Shown here: one piece after another, positions 52,555 to 63,745 of the stretch
Layout of the letters: each line of letters begins with the position of its first letter
Numbering within the stretch: position 1 is the stretch's first letter
Origin: Octopus sinensis
Taxonomy: Eukaryota
Assembly (NCBI RefSeq): GCF_006345805.1
Contig: NC_043010.1
Span: forward strand, 23,746,001 to 23,810,000
Direction: 5' to 3'
Length of the DNA stretch: 64,000 nt
Made by a program: the position numbers and the translations under genes
Notes under the pieces: model-generated
Told to the model about the DNA's origin: nothing
Database searches by the model: none
What the model saw: only the letters and a program-made list of their open reading frames with translations

Positions 52555-53875
52555 TACTAGTAGAGATACCCGGCGTTGCCCGGTTACATTCAATTGAAGA
52601 ATTTGACTTTTCTGTTATATTTTCTGCAATGAACTGGAATATTTTTTTCGAATTTCATCAAAATTGCAGATGAGGGTTTTTCTCTCTTTACACACCCTAC
52701 AAAAATTGTGATCGTGCCACATGTATCCTGTACTACTGATTTTTATGCGCATATTCCAAAATCCCAGTTTTAAAGAACCCGTTTAAAAGATTTTGCTCTT
52801 GAAAAATGAAGGTCATGGAGCTCTAAAATGTGAGAGTTAAGGCCCCTGTTGGGAGTGGGCATCTTAATGTCAACCAGAGAAGTTGAATTGTTGAGAATCT
52901 TTTTAACTTGGGTCTTATATCTATTGCTTGAATTTCTTTGAAATAGGAAATATATGCTCACTGGATTTGTAAAAGAGAGCAAAGCTACAAGAAACCAAAA
53001 GACGAATGATCACAATAAGCAGTCAGTTACCCTCTCCTAGTCGTTACCACTCCCAATGTAGGATTCCTCACCATCCAGGCGACAGGTACAGCCGTAAGGT
53101 GCATTACGAATCTATAGCAATTGGAAGGGCGTGACTCAACTGTAATCAACATTAACAACTGTATGACGTGAGGGCTAAGGAGAAATTAAACTGCCACCTC
53201 TGGAGTTTGCAAATGACGACTATACTGATACGTAACTGGAAAGAATAAATTTACAATCTATAGATGTCTTTGAATAACCAGTCACTCATCTGGGAAGGCC
53301 TTGAAATCAATGTTACCATCTGGGAACTATGTGTGACCGAGTGATAATAAAAAAACTGAATGGAGGTGTGCAATCAAATAACTTTACTCAACACTTTGCA
53401 ACAGAATCAGTGGAGGCAAAGATGCCTCTCATTTACTTGACAATTTATGAACTACATTGCAGAAATCACAATGTAAGTGTATGTGAAAGCATGTTGTTAC
53501 ACTGTTGTACCATTGAATTAGAAATAATGCACAACTTTTATGCTCGGGTAACCCTACAGCTTCCAATAGCACAACTGTATTCGTTTTTACTTAGATAAAA
53601 TTACAAAGCTGTGGGTGTTAAGTCCCCATGGAGGGGTCTTTCTAACTTGTAAGAAGATGAAATTTTAAAATATTACTTCATTTGTGTCTAGTAGCTATGG
53701 TTAAAATTTCATCAACAGCACAGATATGTGAATTGTCATGGGGGTTATGGCCCTTATGCATAGAATATAATTTCCAAATTTCATAAAGATCCATTCGGTA
53801 CTTTTGACCCAGTTTTGGATCATAAAAGAAATGACTACAATTTGGGAATTAAGGCTCCCAGTAGGGTGTTTTATA
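52555..53875 (+). mobile_element. Helentron/DINE-1-like non-autonomous element
   Basis: Starts ACTAG...CCCGGCGTTGCCCGG; near the 3' end CCAAATTTCATAAAGATCC and a short GGGA..TCCC hairpin before (TA)n. Confidence 0.55.
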
Positions 53876-53889
53876 TATATATATTTATA

Positions 53890-53932
<43 letters not shown>

Positions 53933-53974
53933 TATATATATATAATATATATATATATATAATATATATATATA

Positions 53975-54203
53975 TTCTCCCTCATCACTGCTTCACAACT
54001 GCTGTTCATTTATTTACATCCACAAAACTTACTGGTTTCACAAGAACAAATTAATAGAATAAGTAACAGGCTTATCAACATAAAAAAGCACTAGGCTGTG
54101 TCTCATATTTTTCTTTGCCCACTCAGTTGTATCTATCAATTTATCTGTGTATGTGTGTGTGTGTATATATTTATATCTATATCTATTTCTATATCTATAT
54201 CTA

Positions 54204-54234
<31 letters not shown>

Positions 54235-54256
54235 ATATATATATATATATATATAT

Positions 54257-54355
<99 letters not shown>

Positions 54356-54582
54356 TAGATATAGACATAGAAATAGATATAGATATAAATATATATACAC
54401 ACACATACACAGATAAATTGATAGATACAACTGAGTGGGCAAAGAAAAATATGAGACACAGCCTAGTGCTTTTTTATGTTGATAAGCCTGTTACTTATTC
54501 TATTAATTTGTTCTTGTGAAACCAGTAAGTTTTGTGGATGTAAATAAATGAACAGCAGTTGTGAAGCAGTGATGAGGGAGAA
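53975..54582. repeat. Near-perfect ~600-bp palindrome centred on (TA)n
   Basis: The unique arm sequences (about 53975-54160 and 54400-54582) are reverse complements; the centre is (CTAT)n-(TA)n-(ATAG)n. Confidence 0.9.
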
Positions 54583-54671
54583 ACACAAAGACTCACACGT
54601 AGACATACATATATACATACATATATATACTATTGATTTGTTTCAGTTGCTGTCTACGAAATCCATATATA

Positions 54672-57357
54672 TTGTTGTTGGCATCCTTTTTGTCTCGGGA
54701 GACAATGGATTTGCGCATAAAATAATCTAGTCCAGATTTTACATTTTATGTCCTAATACATCTCCTGCTGTGGTTGTGGAGTCCTATCCTGGACAAACAC
54801 TCCCTCTGGCAGGTGCCGCAAATGTAGCGAAGACTGTTCCTGGCTGGTTGTAATGTCATAGTTTCTTGTTGACGTCTTTTCTTGTCTTTCCATTTCTCCT
54901 CTCTCTCTCTCTCTCTCTCTCTGTCACTCCTTTGTGTTCCCTCTTTTATTGGACGTCGCAAATCTCCACGGTTGCTGGCAACTGCTTCCCAGTTGGTAAT
55001 ATTGATGTTGCAGGTATTCATGTCCCTTTTGCAAACATCCTTGTATCGTAAGAACGGTCTTCCCACAGACCTAGTGCCCCTAGCAAGCTCTCCGTTGAGT
55101 ATGTCCTTGGGGATTCTGCCATCTTCCATACGGCTAACATGTCCAAGCCATCTCATACGTCTTTGTGTGAGGAGTGCAAATATGCTTGGTATTCCTGCTT
55201 GCTTGAGGACATTTTTGTTGGGGACATTATTCTGCCATTTGATGCGAAGGATTTTCCGGAGGCAGCGCAGGTGAAAGATATTTAGGCGACGCTCTTGGCG
55301 TGTGTATGGCGTCCAAGTCTCACTTCCATACAGTAGAGTGCTTGGTAAATCTTCATTTTTGTGGTCTTAGTCAGCTTATTGTTGTCTCATGCCCGTTTGG
55401 AGAGTTGCGCCATCACAGCAGCTGCCTTGCCAATGCGTATATTGAGCTCAACATCAAGGGATATGTTGTAGGTGACGGTAGAGCCAAGATACGTAAACTT
55501 CTCCATCTCCTGTAGTCTGTGGTTTCCAATATGTATGTTTGGGATGTCCGATATAGCCAAAGTTGCCACATGCTTGCACAACACGGTTGATGAGCCTTTG
55601 TAGGGCTTCTTCTGTGTGTGATACCAGAGCGGCATCATCAGCAAATAGCATCTCCTTGATCAGGACGCTTCTGATTTTGGTCTTGGCACGCAGACGCGAG
55701 AGATTGAACAGTTTCACATTACTTCTACTGTGCCTGTTCAGAAACACTCCATCATCTGATGTCTCAAAGGCATGTGACAGCAGCAGCGAGAAGATGCCAA
55801 ATAATGTAGGAGCAAGGACACAACCTTGCTTTACCCCATTTTTTATTTGGAAGGTGGCTGATGTTGAACCATTGTGCTGTATGGTGCCTTGCATATCATC
55901 ATGGAAAGATTTGATGATCCTCAGCAGCTTTGGTGGACATCCGATTTTTTGGAGCAGGATGAAGAGGCCTTTTCAACTTACCAACTCAAAGGCCTTTGTC
56001 AGATCAATGAAGGCCATATATAATGGCATTTTCTGCTCTCTGGACTTCTGAAGTTGGCGTATGGAGAATATCATGTCAATAGTTGATCTGCTTCTTCTAA
56101 AGCCACACTGCGATTGTGGATAAATTCGAGAAGCAAGCAGTTGCAGCCTGGACAGGATAATGCGAGCAAAGGCCTTTCCAACAGTGCTTAGAAGAGATAT
56201 TCCACGGTAATTGTTACAATCACCACGGTCACCTTTGTTTTTGTAAAGCGTAATGATGTTACCATCCCGCATATCCTGAGGGACTGTACCCTCTTCCCAG
56301 CACTGACACAAAAGCTCATGAAGGTGCCGAAGTAGGATGGTGTAGTTGCCGGTTTTGATGATCTCTAAGGGGATGCCGTCTTCTCCCGGAGCCTTGTTAC
56401 TTGCTAGGGAGTCAATAGCCTTGGTGAGCTCTGCTATAGATGGCAGACTGTCAAGTTCACACATGACTAGCAAGATCTTGACACCTTCGATTGCAGCCTC
56501 AGCTACCGTGGTCTCCCGTGTGTAGAGATCCTGGTAGTACTCCACCCATCTATCCATCTGCTTGTTTTGGTCCTTGATGAGATCTCCAGTAGTTGAGTTC
56601 AGAGGGGCTGACTTGGTTGTGGATGGACCGAAGGCCTTCTTCAAACCGGCATACATCCCACGGGTGTCGCCACTGTCAGCAGCTGACTGGATACTCTGAC
56701 AGATTTCTTGCCAATACCTATTTGCACAGCGTATGGCAGCCAGTTGGGTTTTATTTCTTGCCTTTCTGAGTTCTTCGAGTGACTTTGTAGAAGAATCACT
56801 CTTGTATAGCATCAGAGCTGCACGCTTTGCTTCGATAACTGTTTCCAGCTCTGAGAACCCAGCACTGAACCAATCTGGGTTTTGCCTTTCTCTCATGCCG
56901 AAAGTATCTATTGATATGTTATACAAAGTGTCCTTGATATAATTCCACCTACTTTCAGCAGAGAAGGTTGGGCAGCTACTGAGGGCAACCTTGATAGAAA
57001 CAGCAAAACAATGTCGCAGTGTAGGGTCCAAGGTTCTGACAGTGTTAATGTGTAGTCGGCACATGTTCTAGGAGTGATGGACTTTTTTAGACAGAATCCT
57101 CACCCTGCGTCTTATTAGTGAATGATCTGTGTCACAATCCGCGCTGTGGTAATTACGGGTCCGTTGAGCAGAGTTCAGAAAGGATCTTCGTGTAATGATG
57201 AGATCCAGCTGATGCCCGTGGTGAGATCTTGGATGTCTCCAAGATTCCTTGTGGGATGTCTTGTTGGCAAAGAATGTGTTAGTGATGCACAGGTTATGGT
57301 ATGTGCAAAATTCAAGTAGTCTCTGATCATTGTCATTCATGTTGCCAATACCAAAAC
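54672..57357 (-). mobile_element. RTE-clade LINE, 5'-truncated within APE, frameshifted
   Basis: HQLDLIITRR, DCDTDHSL, NYRGISLLS, QCGFR..RSTIDMIF, GVKQGCVLAPTLF, MLFADDAAL, RWLGHVSRM, C-terminal zinc finger; TTGTCTC..GAGACAA hairpin and (AAC)n tail; ~65-bp flanking duplication. Confidence 0.93.
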
Positions 57358-57438
57358 ACATATATACATACATATATATATACGATTGATTTGTTTCAGT
57401 TCCTGTCTACGAAATCCATATATATATATATATGCATA

Positions 57439-57486
<48 letters not shown>

Positions 57487-57487
57487 A

Positions 57488-57857
57488 AGATAAATTGATA
57501 CATACAACTGAGTGGGCAAACAAAAATATGAGACACTGTGTAGTGCTTTTTTATATTTTGATAAGCTTGGTACTTATGCTATCAGTTTCTTCTTGTGAAA
57601 CCAGTAAGTTATGGGGATGTAAATAAACGAACACCAGTTATGAAGCAGTGATGAGGGAGAAATACAAAGACACACACATAGACTTACATATACATACAAT
57701 TGATTTCTTTCAGTTTCTGTCTACAAAATCCACTGACAAGGCTTTGGTTGGTCTGAGGCTATAGCAGAAGACACTTGTCAAGTCACCACACAGTGGGACT
57801 CAACCCAGGACCATGTCTTTGGAACGTAGTTTGTTACCACACAGCCACACCTGCCCC
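57488..57857 (-). mobile_element. Diverged SINE family 3 with flank; older tandem partner of 54411-54671
   Basis: Head GGGGCAGGTGTGGCTGTGTGG on the minus strand; 57488-57735 is roughly 85-90% identical to 54411-54665. Confidence 0.7.
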
Positions 57858-58049
57858 TATGTATGTGTGTGTGCGTATGTGTGTATGGGTGGATATATTA
57901 TGCATGTATACATGTGTATATATATGTGTACATATTACATGTACATCTATATATATACATCTAAACATAAAATCCAAAATACAAAGTTATATCTTGATAT
58001 CGCTAGTGATAACAATACTCAAAATATATAACAGACTGGAATTGTAGGC

Positions 58050-58548
58050 CCATCTCTTGCAATTTCGATCAATTGTATCTTGTCCTCCCTCTTGTATAGA
58101 AGTGTGGCTACAATACAGCCTACCTCTACTTCTGGGGGGACATTTTAAATTTTTATCCGGGACGTCCTACGTCCCAGATATAAAGGTAAAAATAAAATAT
58201 CTCCACTTCGCAAGGTTCGAGTCGAGTACTCCCTTGCACGCTCCGTTGACTCGAACCTTGCTTCTATTGTGGCGAATTTACCGCCTCTGGTTAGATACTT
58301 GATATCTTTCATAGTCGCACCAAGACACTTTTCGATGGTGCTTTCCTCCAGGTGTACAAATCTTTTTTCTCTGTCTTTTCTTTAATTTTATTTTTTATTT
58401 CGTTTGATGGTGTTATCCTAGATTCACCGACTTTGTCTGTGATTATTCCGAAATAGGTTTGTATTTCTTCCATTTTAATTTTAATGAGTTCGCGCCCGCT
58501 GACGGCTACAGCGAAATTCAATTTTGGACTTTCTCCTATCGAAGACAT
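58050..58548 (-). pseudogene. Third L1/Tx1-type ORF1 homolog, N-terminal half, disrupted
   Basis: MSSIGESPKLNFAVAVSG... then, after a frameshift, DIKYLTRGGKFATIEARFESTERAREYSTRTLRSGDILFLPLYLGRRTSRIKI*NVPPEVEV, which aligns with both other ORF1s. Confidence 0.75.
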
Positions 58549-58875
58549 TTTAACAAAAATGCTTCCGTATAAACGGTGAAAATGTTGTCAATTTCCACAA
58601 ACAGAGACACAATTCAAGTTTTAAACAATAACCAAAGCTCCTTCTGCCAAAGGGGAAGGGTTACGGTTTACAATTATTTAACAAATGCAACACAACAACG
58701 CTTCCCTTACGAGGAACCAACAAACGTGATAACAATAGTTAAACAGTAATAATAATAACAGCAAACCTTACGGTGAATCAAAAAGCAGTACTAAGTAGAA
58801 GCTATAGTCCTTTATGGATAAGAAATAAACCAAAAGCAGTACTCAGTTGAAGCGTATGTTCCAGAAAACAGACAT

Positions 58876-60530
58876 TACTTATTTTTTATTACCCATAAAG
58901 GGCTTACATAGAGGGGAATATTACAAACATTGCGGACACAAAACATCACAAAAATACAGAAACGTATGAAAGATTAAAAATTGTGAAAACGAGAAATGAA
59001 AGCGATATTAACGGCCCCATCCGATAACATCACTTACCTGTCCTTCTTCCCTATATCGGTATAAAAAACATGTAGTCCTCCAGTTTCATCCCATATATTT
59101 CTTCCAGTTCATATCTCTTATCCGATTCAATTGTTTTCCTAATCAATTTATAACTTTTTAAAAATTTTTCCTTGAGTTCTTTTTCTTGGTCCTCTGATAT
59201 TACTACATACATTATCCCAGTTGTCTTGCAATTCCACCTTTCCCCAGTCCCTCAATATTTCACGTATTTCTTCCTTGTTTATTACACCTAATATATGGGG
59301 ACGATAATTTTTAGAGTTTTCCTGTGTGTCTGTGTTATATTTTTTTTGTTTTCTGTTAGTGGGGAGCGGGTGGGTTCAGTGTCTGCAGGGGAAAGGTGGG
59401 CCACAAATGGTGCGGGTGGTAATGGGGTGGGTTGGGGTTCAGAACAGTTTGCCTTTTTTCTCCTTCTCTTCCTCCTTCTTCCAATGGATTCTCATTCTAC
59501 TGGTAATTCCTCCTCGTCAACTTGCTTCTCTTCCGCTGTATTCTGCTCCACCTGGGGCTCCTCTACCTCTCTTGCTGGTTCTTTTCTTTGTTCTTTTGTT
59601 GGGAGAGGATAATTAGCTCTTTTGTGGCCCCTTCAAGCCGCATTTGTAACAACGAGGAGCTCTGCCCTCCACCCATTCTCTCATAATGATGTTTCCCATT
59701 GTTATATTCTCGGCGAGTTGTTCCAATACCTCCGATTCCGCCTGGACATTCATCTCCAGTACTGCTCCTCTCCATCCTCCCTCATCCTTCACCGTGGCAT
59801 GAAGAATGTCCATCTTATCTTCATTAGCACTGGTGATGGCTGCCACAATCCATTCTCCGTCTATGTCTGGTGATATTCCCTTCACCCTGATCCGGGTCGT
59901 CCTCCTTCCCAGATACGAAGGCAGAAGGAATACCTTCGACTTTATTGTTTTCGCTGCCATTCTCCTTGCCACTTTTTCGGTTTTAAATTGTACAACCATG
60001 GTGCCGAATCCAACGTCTCTTGCGAGAAACGTTACCTCCTCTTCTGTCATTCTCAGAGCTTCCTCTACCATTTCCATGCCGACCAACTCTATTCTACTTT
60101 TTTCGTTGGCGAATACTCTATACGTAACGGTCCTCTCCTCATACCAGTCTCTTCTTTTCCTTGGCGGCGACAATTCAACTTCACCGCCGACCTTCGTAAC
60201 AAATTCTTGATAACCTGGCAACTTAGCCAGGTCTATCTCTTTTCCGTTGACTTCGTCGCTCGCGCGTATGTTGTTTTTTCTCCGAGTACTCTGTCCAATT
60301 TCCTCACTGCCTTTTCCAGTTCCTCCTCAGAGGTCGACAGGTCCGACTCACTGAGGCTTGTGAAAACATTTTTCCTTGCCATTTTCTCCCTTAGAGAGGG
60401 TCAAAGCGTTTTTTCCTTGTCTGTCTCAATACAGACAGGAAAAATTCAACAATACCGTTTAACAAAATTTAATAAACAATAACAGGCAAAACAATTACAC
60501 ACAGGTTCCAAAAAAAATGACTAGAGCCAA
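58876..60530 (-). mobile_element. Second ORF1-only retroelement (5' boundary uncertain)
   Basis: ORF1 from ATG 60382 to stop 59034 with frameshifts, then a ~160-nt 3' UTR ending CTCTATGTAAGCCCTTTATGGGTAATAAAAAATAAG; no RT. Confidence 0.72.
59034..60382 (-). pseudogene. L1/Tx1-type ORF1 (RRM-like region plus CCHC knuckle), frameshifted
   Basis: 202-aa core ending VEGRAPRCYKCGLKG/HKRAN (one extra G); homologous to 41408-42043. Confidence 0.8.
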
Positions 60531-60829
60531 ACTTCATATATATACTTAATGCTAGCTAATTAGCAGATAATCTAATGTAAAAGCCGTGGTAAAGGGTATG
60601 TGCACAGCTCCATCTGGACTATTCCATTTCTGCACTTTAATTTTATTTTTAATTTATTCCCATTCATGTGAAACCACTTATTCAAGTACAAGTCACTGAT
60701 GCAATTTTATACCAATTGCTATTCTTACTTTTAATTGTTATGTTACGATTTAATTATTAGTTTGATTTTAATTATTACTTACTACATATAATTCAATTGT
60801 TATTATTATCTCTAATTTTTATTGTTAAA

Positions 60830-61085
60830 GTGAAAGTATCTGACATAAAATAGAGAGATGTTTTTTGTTTCACTTTTAACACGTAATACTGAAATAGTGG
60901 AGAAGATATGATATTGCTGTGGGCTCGCCCTAGGCAAGAAGTTGAACTTTTTTGCAGATGACACTCCCCGGACCCTAAATAAGGCGTGTGTAAAATTTGA
61001 ATGAAATTGGTTGTGTAGTTCTCAAGTTTTAGGGAAACACACAGACAGAGAGACAGACACACATTCTTAGTTTTATATATATACG
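60830..61085 (+). mobile_element. Helentron/DINE-1-like 3' end
   Basis: AAAATTTGAATGAAATTGG...ACACACAGACAGAG..GACAC...TTTTATATATATA, the typical 3' signature with an ACAG microsatellite seed. Confidence 0.5.
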
Positions 61086-61205
61086 GTATATTATAGATAT
61101 AGTGTAAAAAATTATTAATTTATAACTAATAAATTTCACCAAGTAGTTTCGGTATGGAAAGGAACCATATTCGGTAAAAACTTATAGAAGTTTTATATAT
61201 AATTA

Positions 61206-61831
61206 TAACAATAATTAAGGGTTTAGCAACAAGTTGCTTAACCACATACCAAAAAATTTAGAAATAGCAGCCAAAAGACCGTTATTTCTTTTCGCTACAA
61301 AATATGACTCCACAGACAACCCTCTCTGTAACTCACACAGGCAAAAAAAGAAGGAAAATAACGAAATCAAACAGTCTTCGGTTAATTATGGACGCATTTC
61401 TGGATTAGAATTATAAAACTCATTTCCTTATCAACATAATATTCCGATAGTTATAAATTAAAAAATGCCAGAAAACTTACCCTTTGCATTTCTGACCAAG
61501 CGACATCAGAACATCACACAAGGTAGTTAGCATATCTAAATTTATATAGACGAATGAAATTCATATTTCCCACCAATTCCTATCGGAATATTATGTTGAT
61601 AAGGAAATGAGTTTTATAACTCTAATCCAGCAACGCGTCCATAATTAACCGAAGACTGTTTGATTTCGTTATTTTCCTTCTTTTTTTTTTTTTTTTGCCT
61701 GTGTGAGTTACAGAGAGGGTTGTCTGTGGAGTCATATTTTGTAGCGAAAAGAAATAACGGTCTTTTGGCTGCTATTTCTAAATTTTTGGTATGTGGTTAA
61801 GCAACTTGTTTATATCCCTTAATTATTGTTA
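61206..61831. mobile_element. Long-TIR / foldback element, ~245-bp arms
   Basis: 61206-61450 and 61580-61831 are reverse complements with few differences; 130-bp spacer; flanked by TA-rich sequence. Confidence 0.75.
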
Positions 61832-62169
61832 GATATATATATATATAAATTAAATTAGAGATAAAACCACTATTAGGCAAGTCAAACAATGAAAAACATA
61901 AACCAAAACATAAAAATAAACATAATATAGTAGTTTTTTACTAATTATCTTATATTAAACTTTTTCATGCTTTTTGATAGTTATATATATATTTTTTTAA
62001 ATTTTAATATTTATGAAACATAAAAATTTATAAATATAAATTAAGAATTTTAAATTTAAATAATTCAAATTTTAAATTTTATATATTTTGTATATTATAT
62101 TAATTATGTTTATTTTTATGTTTTGGTTTATGTTTTAATCCTAAATTTAATTTTTCCCTGTAAGTTTGG

Positions 62170-62334
62170 ATTTACTCCCTATTATTATTATTATTATTAT
62201 TTATTATTATTATATTATTATTATTATATTATTATTATTTATTATTTTATTATTATTATTATTTTATTATTAATTATTATTATTATTTTATTATTAATTA
62301 TTATTATTATTATTTTATTATTTTATTATTATTA

Positions 62335-62366
<32 letters not shown>

Positions 62367-62396
62367 ATTATTATTATTATTATTTTATTATTATTA

Positions 62397-62436
<40 letters not shown>

Positions 62437-62498
62437 TTATTATTATTATTATTATTATTATATTATTATTATTTATTATTATTTTATTATTATTATTA

Positions 62499-62535
<37 letters not shown>

Positions 62536-62555
62536 TATTATTATTATTATTATTT

Positions 62556-62587
<32 letters not shown>

Positions 62588-62610
62588 ATTATTATTATTA
62601 TAACATATAT
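62170..62610. repeat. (TTA)n array
   Basis: Direct inspection. Confidence 0.97.
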
Positions 62611-62777
62611 ATGTTTGAAATGTGTGAGATCCTCGGTACAGTCAGGTATATTTGAAAAAAGAAAAAGAATGACTTCATCTGTAGTTCTAATAAGTTCAAT
62701 TTATATTATTAAGAAATCAAAAAATAATTAATAAAACTGATTAGAAATACCAATGTAGTCATTCTCTTTCCTTTTTC

Positions 62778-62838
<61 letters not shown>

Positions 62839-62839
62839 T

Positions 62840-62918
62840 TTATTTTAAGCAGCAGAAAATTCAACAAAATCTGTTACTCTGAGTTTCTCGTTGCCGTTCA
62901 TCAGACAGTTTTTGCTAG
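62840..62918 (-). mobile_element. Penelope-like terminal repeat (family A) with hammerhead motif
   Basis: Minus strand CTGT-CTGATGA-ACG(GCAA)CGA-GAAACTCAGAGTA-ACAG at 62871-62908. Confidence 0.65.
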
Positions 62919-63334
62919 AATGGAACTGATATATCAATTCAATCTATACTCTTAGAAACGCTACACCTTTAAAAAGAAATGGACTTGTTTGATTGGCCAT
63001 TTAGAAAAAACGGTCAATCTTCGAGCGATAAACAAAAAGGTCAAAAATATATGTATATATATATATAAAAAACTTATAAAAATTATAAAATCCGAGGAAA
63101 AAACCTTACATTGAATAAAATACATATTGACGTTAATGAAGAAAGTGCAAATTAATGCATAGAAATTAAACCTGTTATAAATATTACACTGCAATACATA
63201 ATTATATTAAAATCTACATATATATATCAACATACACAAAATTATGCGTGCAAACGCCATACATATACAGACGTATGAATATAAATCTAAATATACACAT
63301 AAAAGCATGTGTACATATATTCACGCAAAAACAT

Positions 63335-63745
63335 CTCGCACGCTCCTGTCCGTTAGAAGGGAAATGTCTGGTGAAAGGAGTAGTTTATAGAGCCAAGGTG
63401 CAAGTGGAAGGCTCATCGGAATACACGACATACACAGGGGCTTCAGAAAATTCAATTAAAACAAGATTTTATTCTCATAAAAATTCATTTAAATACCCAG
63501 AGAATAGGAAGAAAACCAGCCTAGCAAAATATGTCTGGGAACTAAAAGAAAAGGAAGCCCCACCTTTCAACGTGACATGGAGTATTCTGGACAGGGCGGC
63601 ACCATACAGGCATGGAGCTTACAAAAATAATTTCAAGTGCAAGCTTTGTCTATTAGAAAAAATGTACATCTTATTCAAAGACAATAAATCTTTGAATCAA
63701 AGAAGCGAGCTAATGAACTTATGTAGGCACGCGGCAAAAATTTAA
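63335..63745 (+). mobile_element. Penelope-like element GIY-YIG endonuclease domain (5'-truncated, open frame)
   Basis: SCPLEGKCL..VVYRAKV...YTGASENSIKTRFYSH...TSLAKYVWELK...CKLCLLEK...LNQRSEL...CRH, the pattern of Neptune-type PLE endonucleases. Confidence 0.85.
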
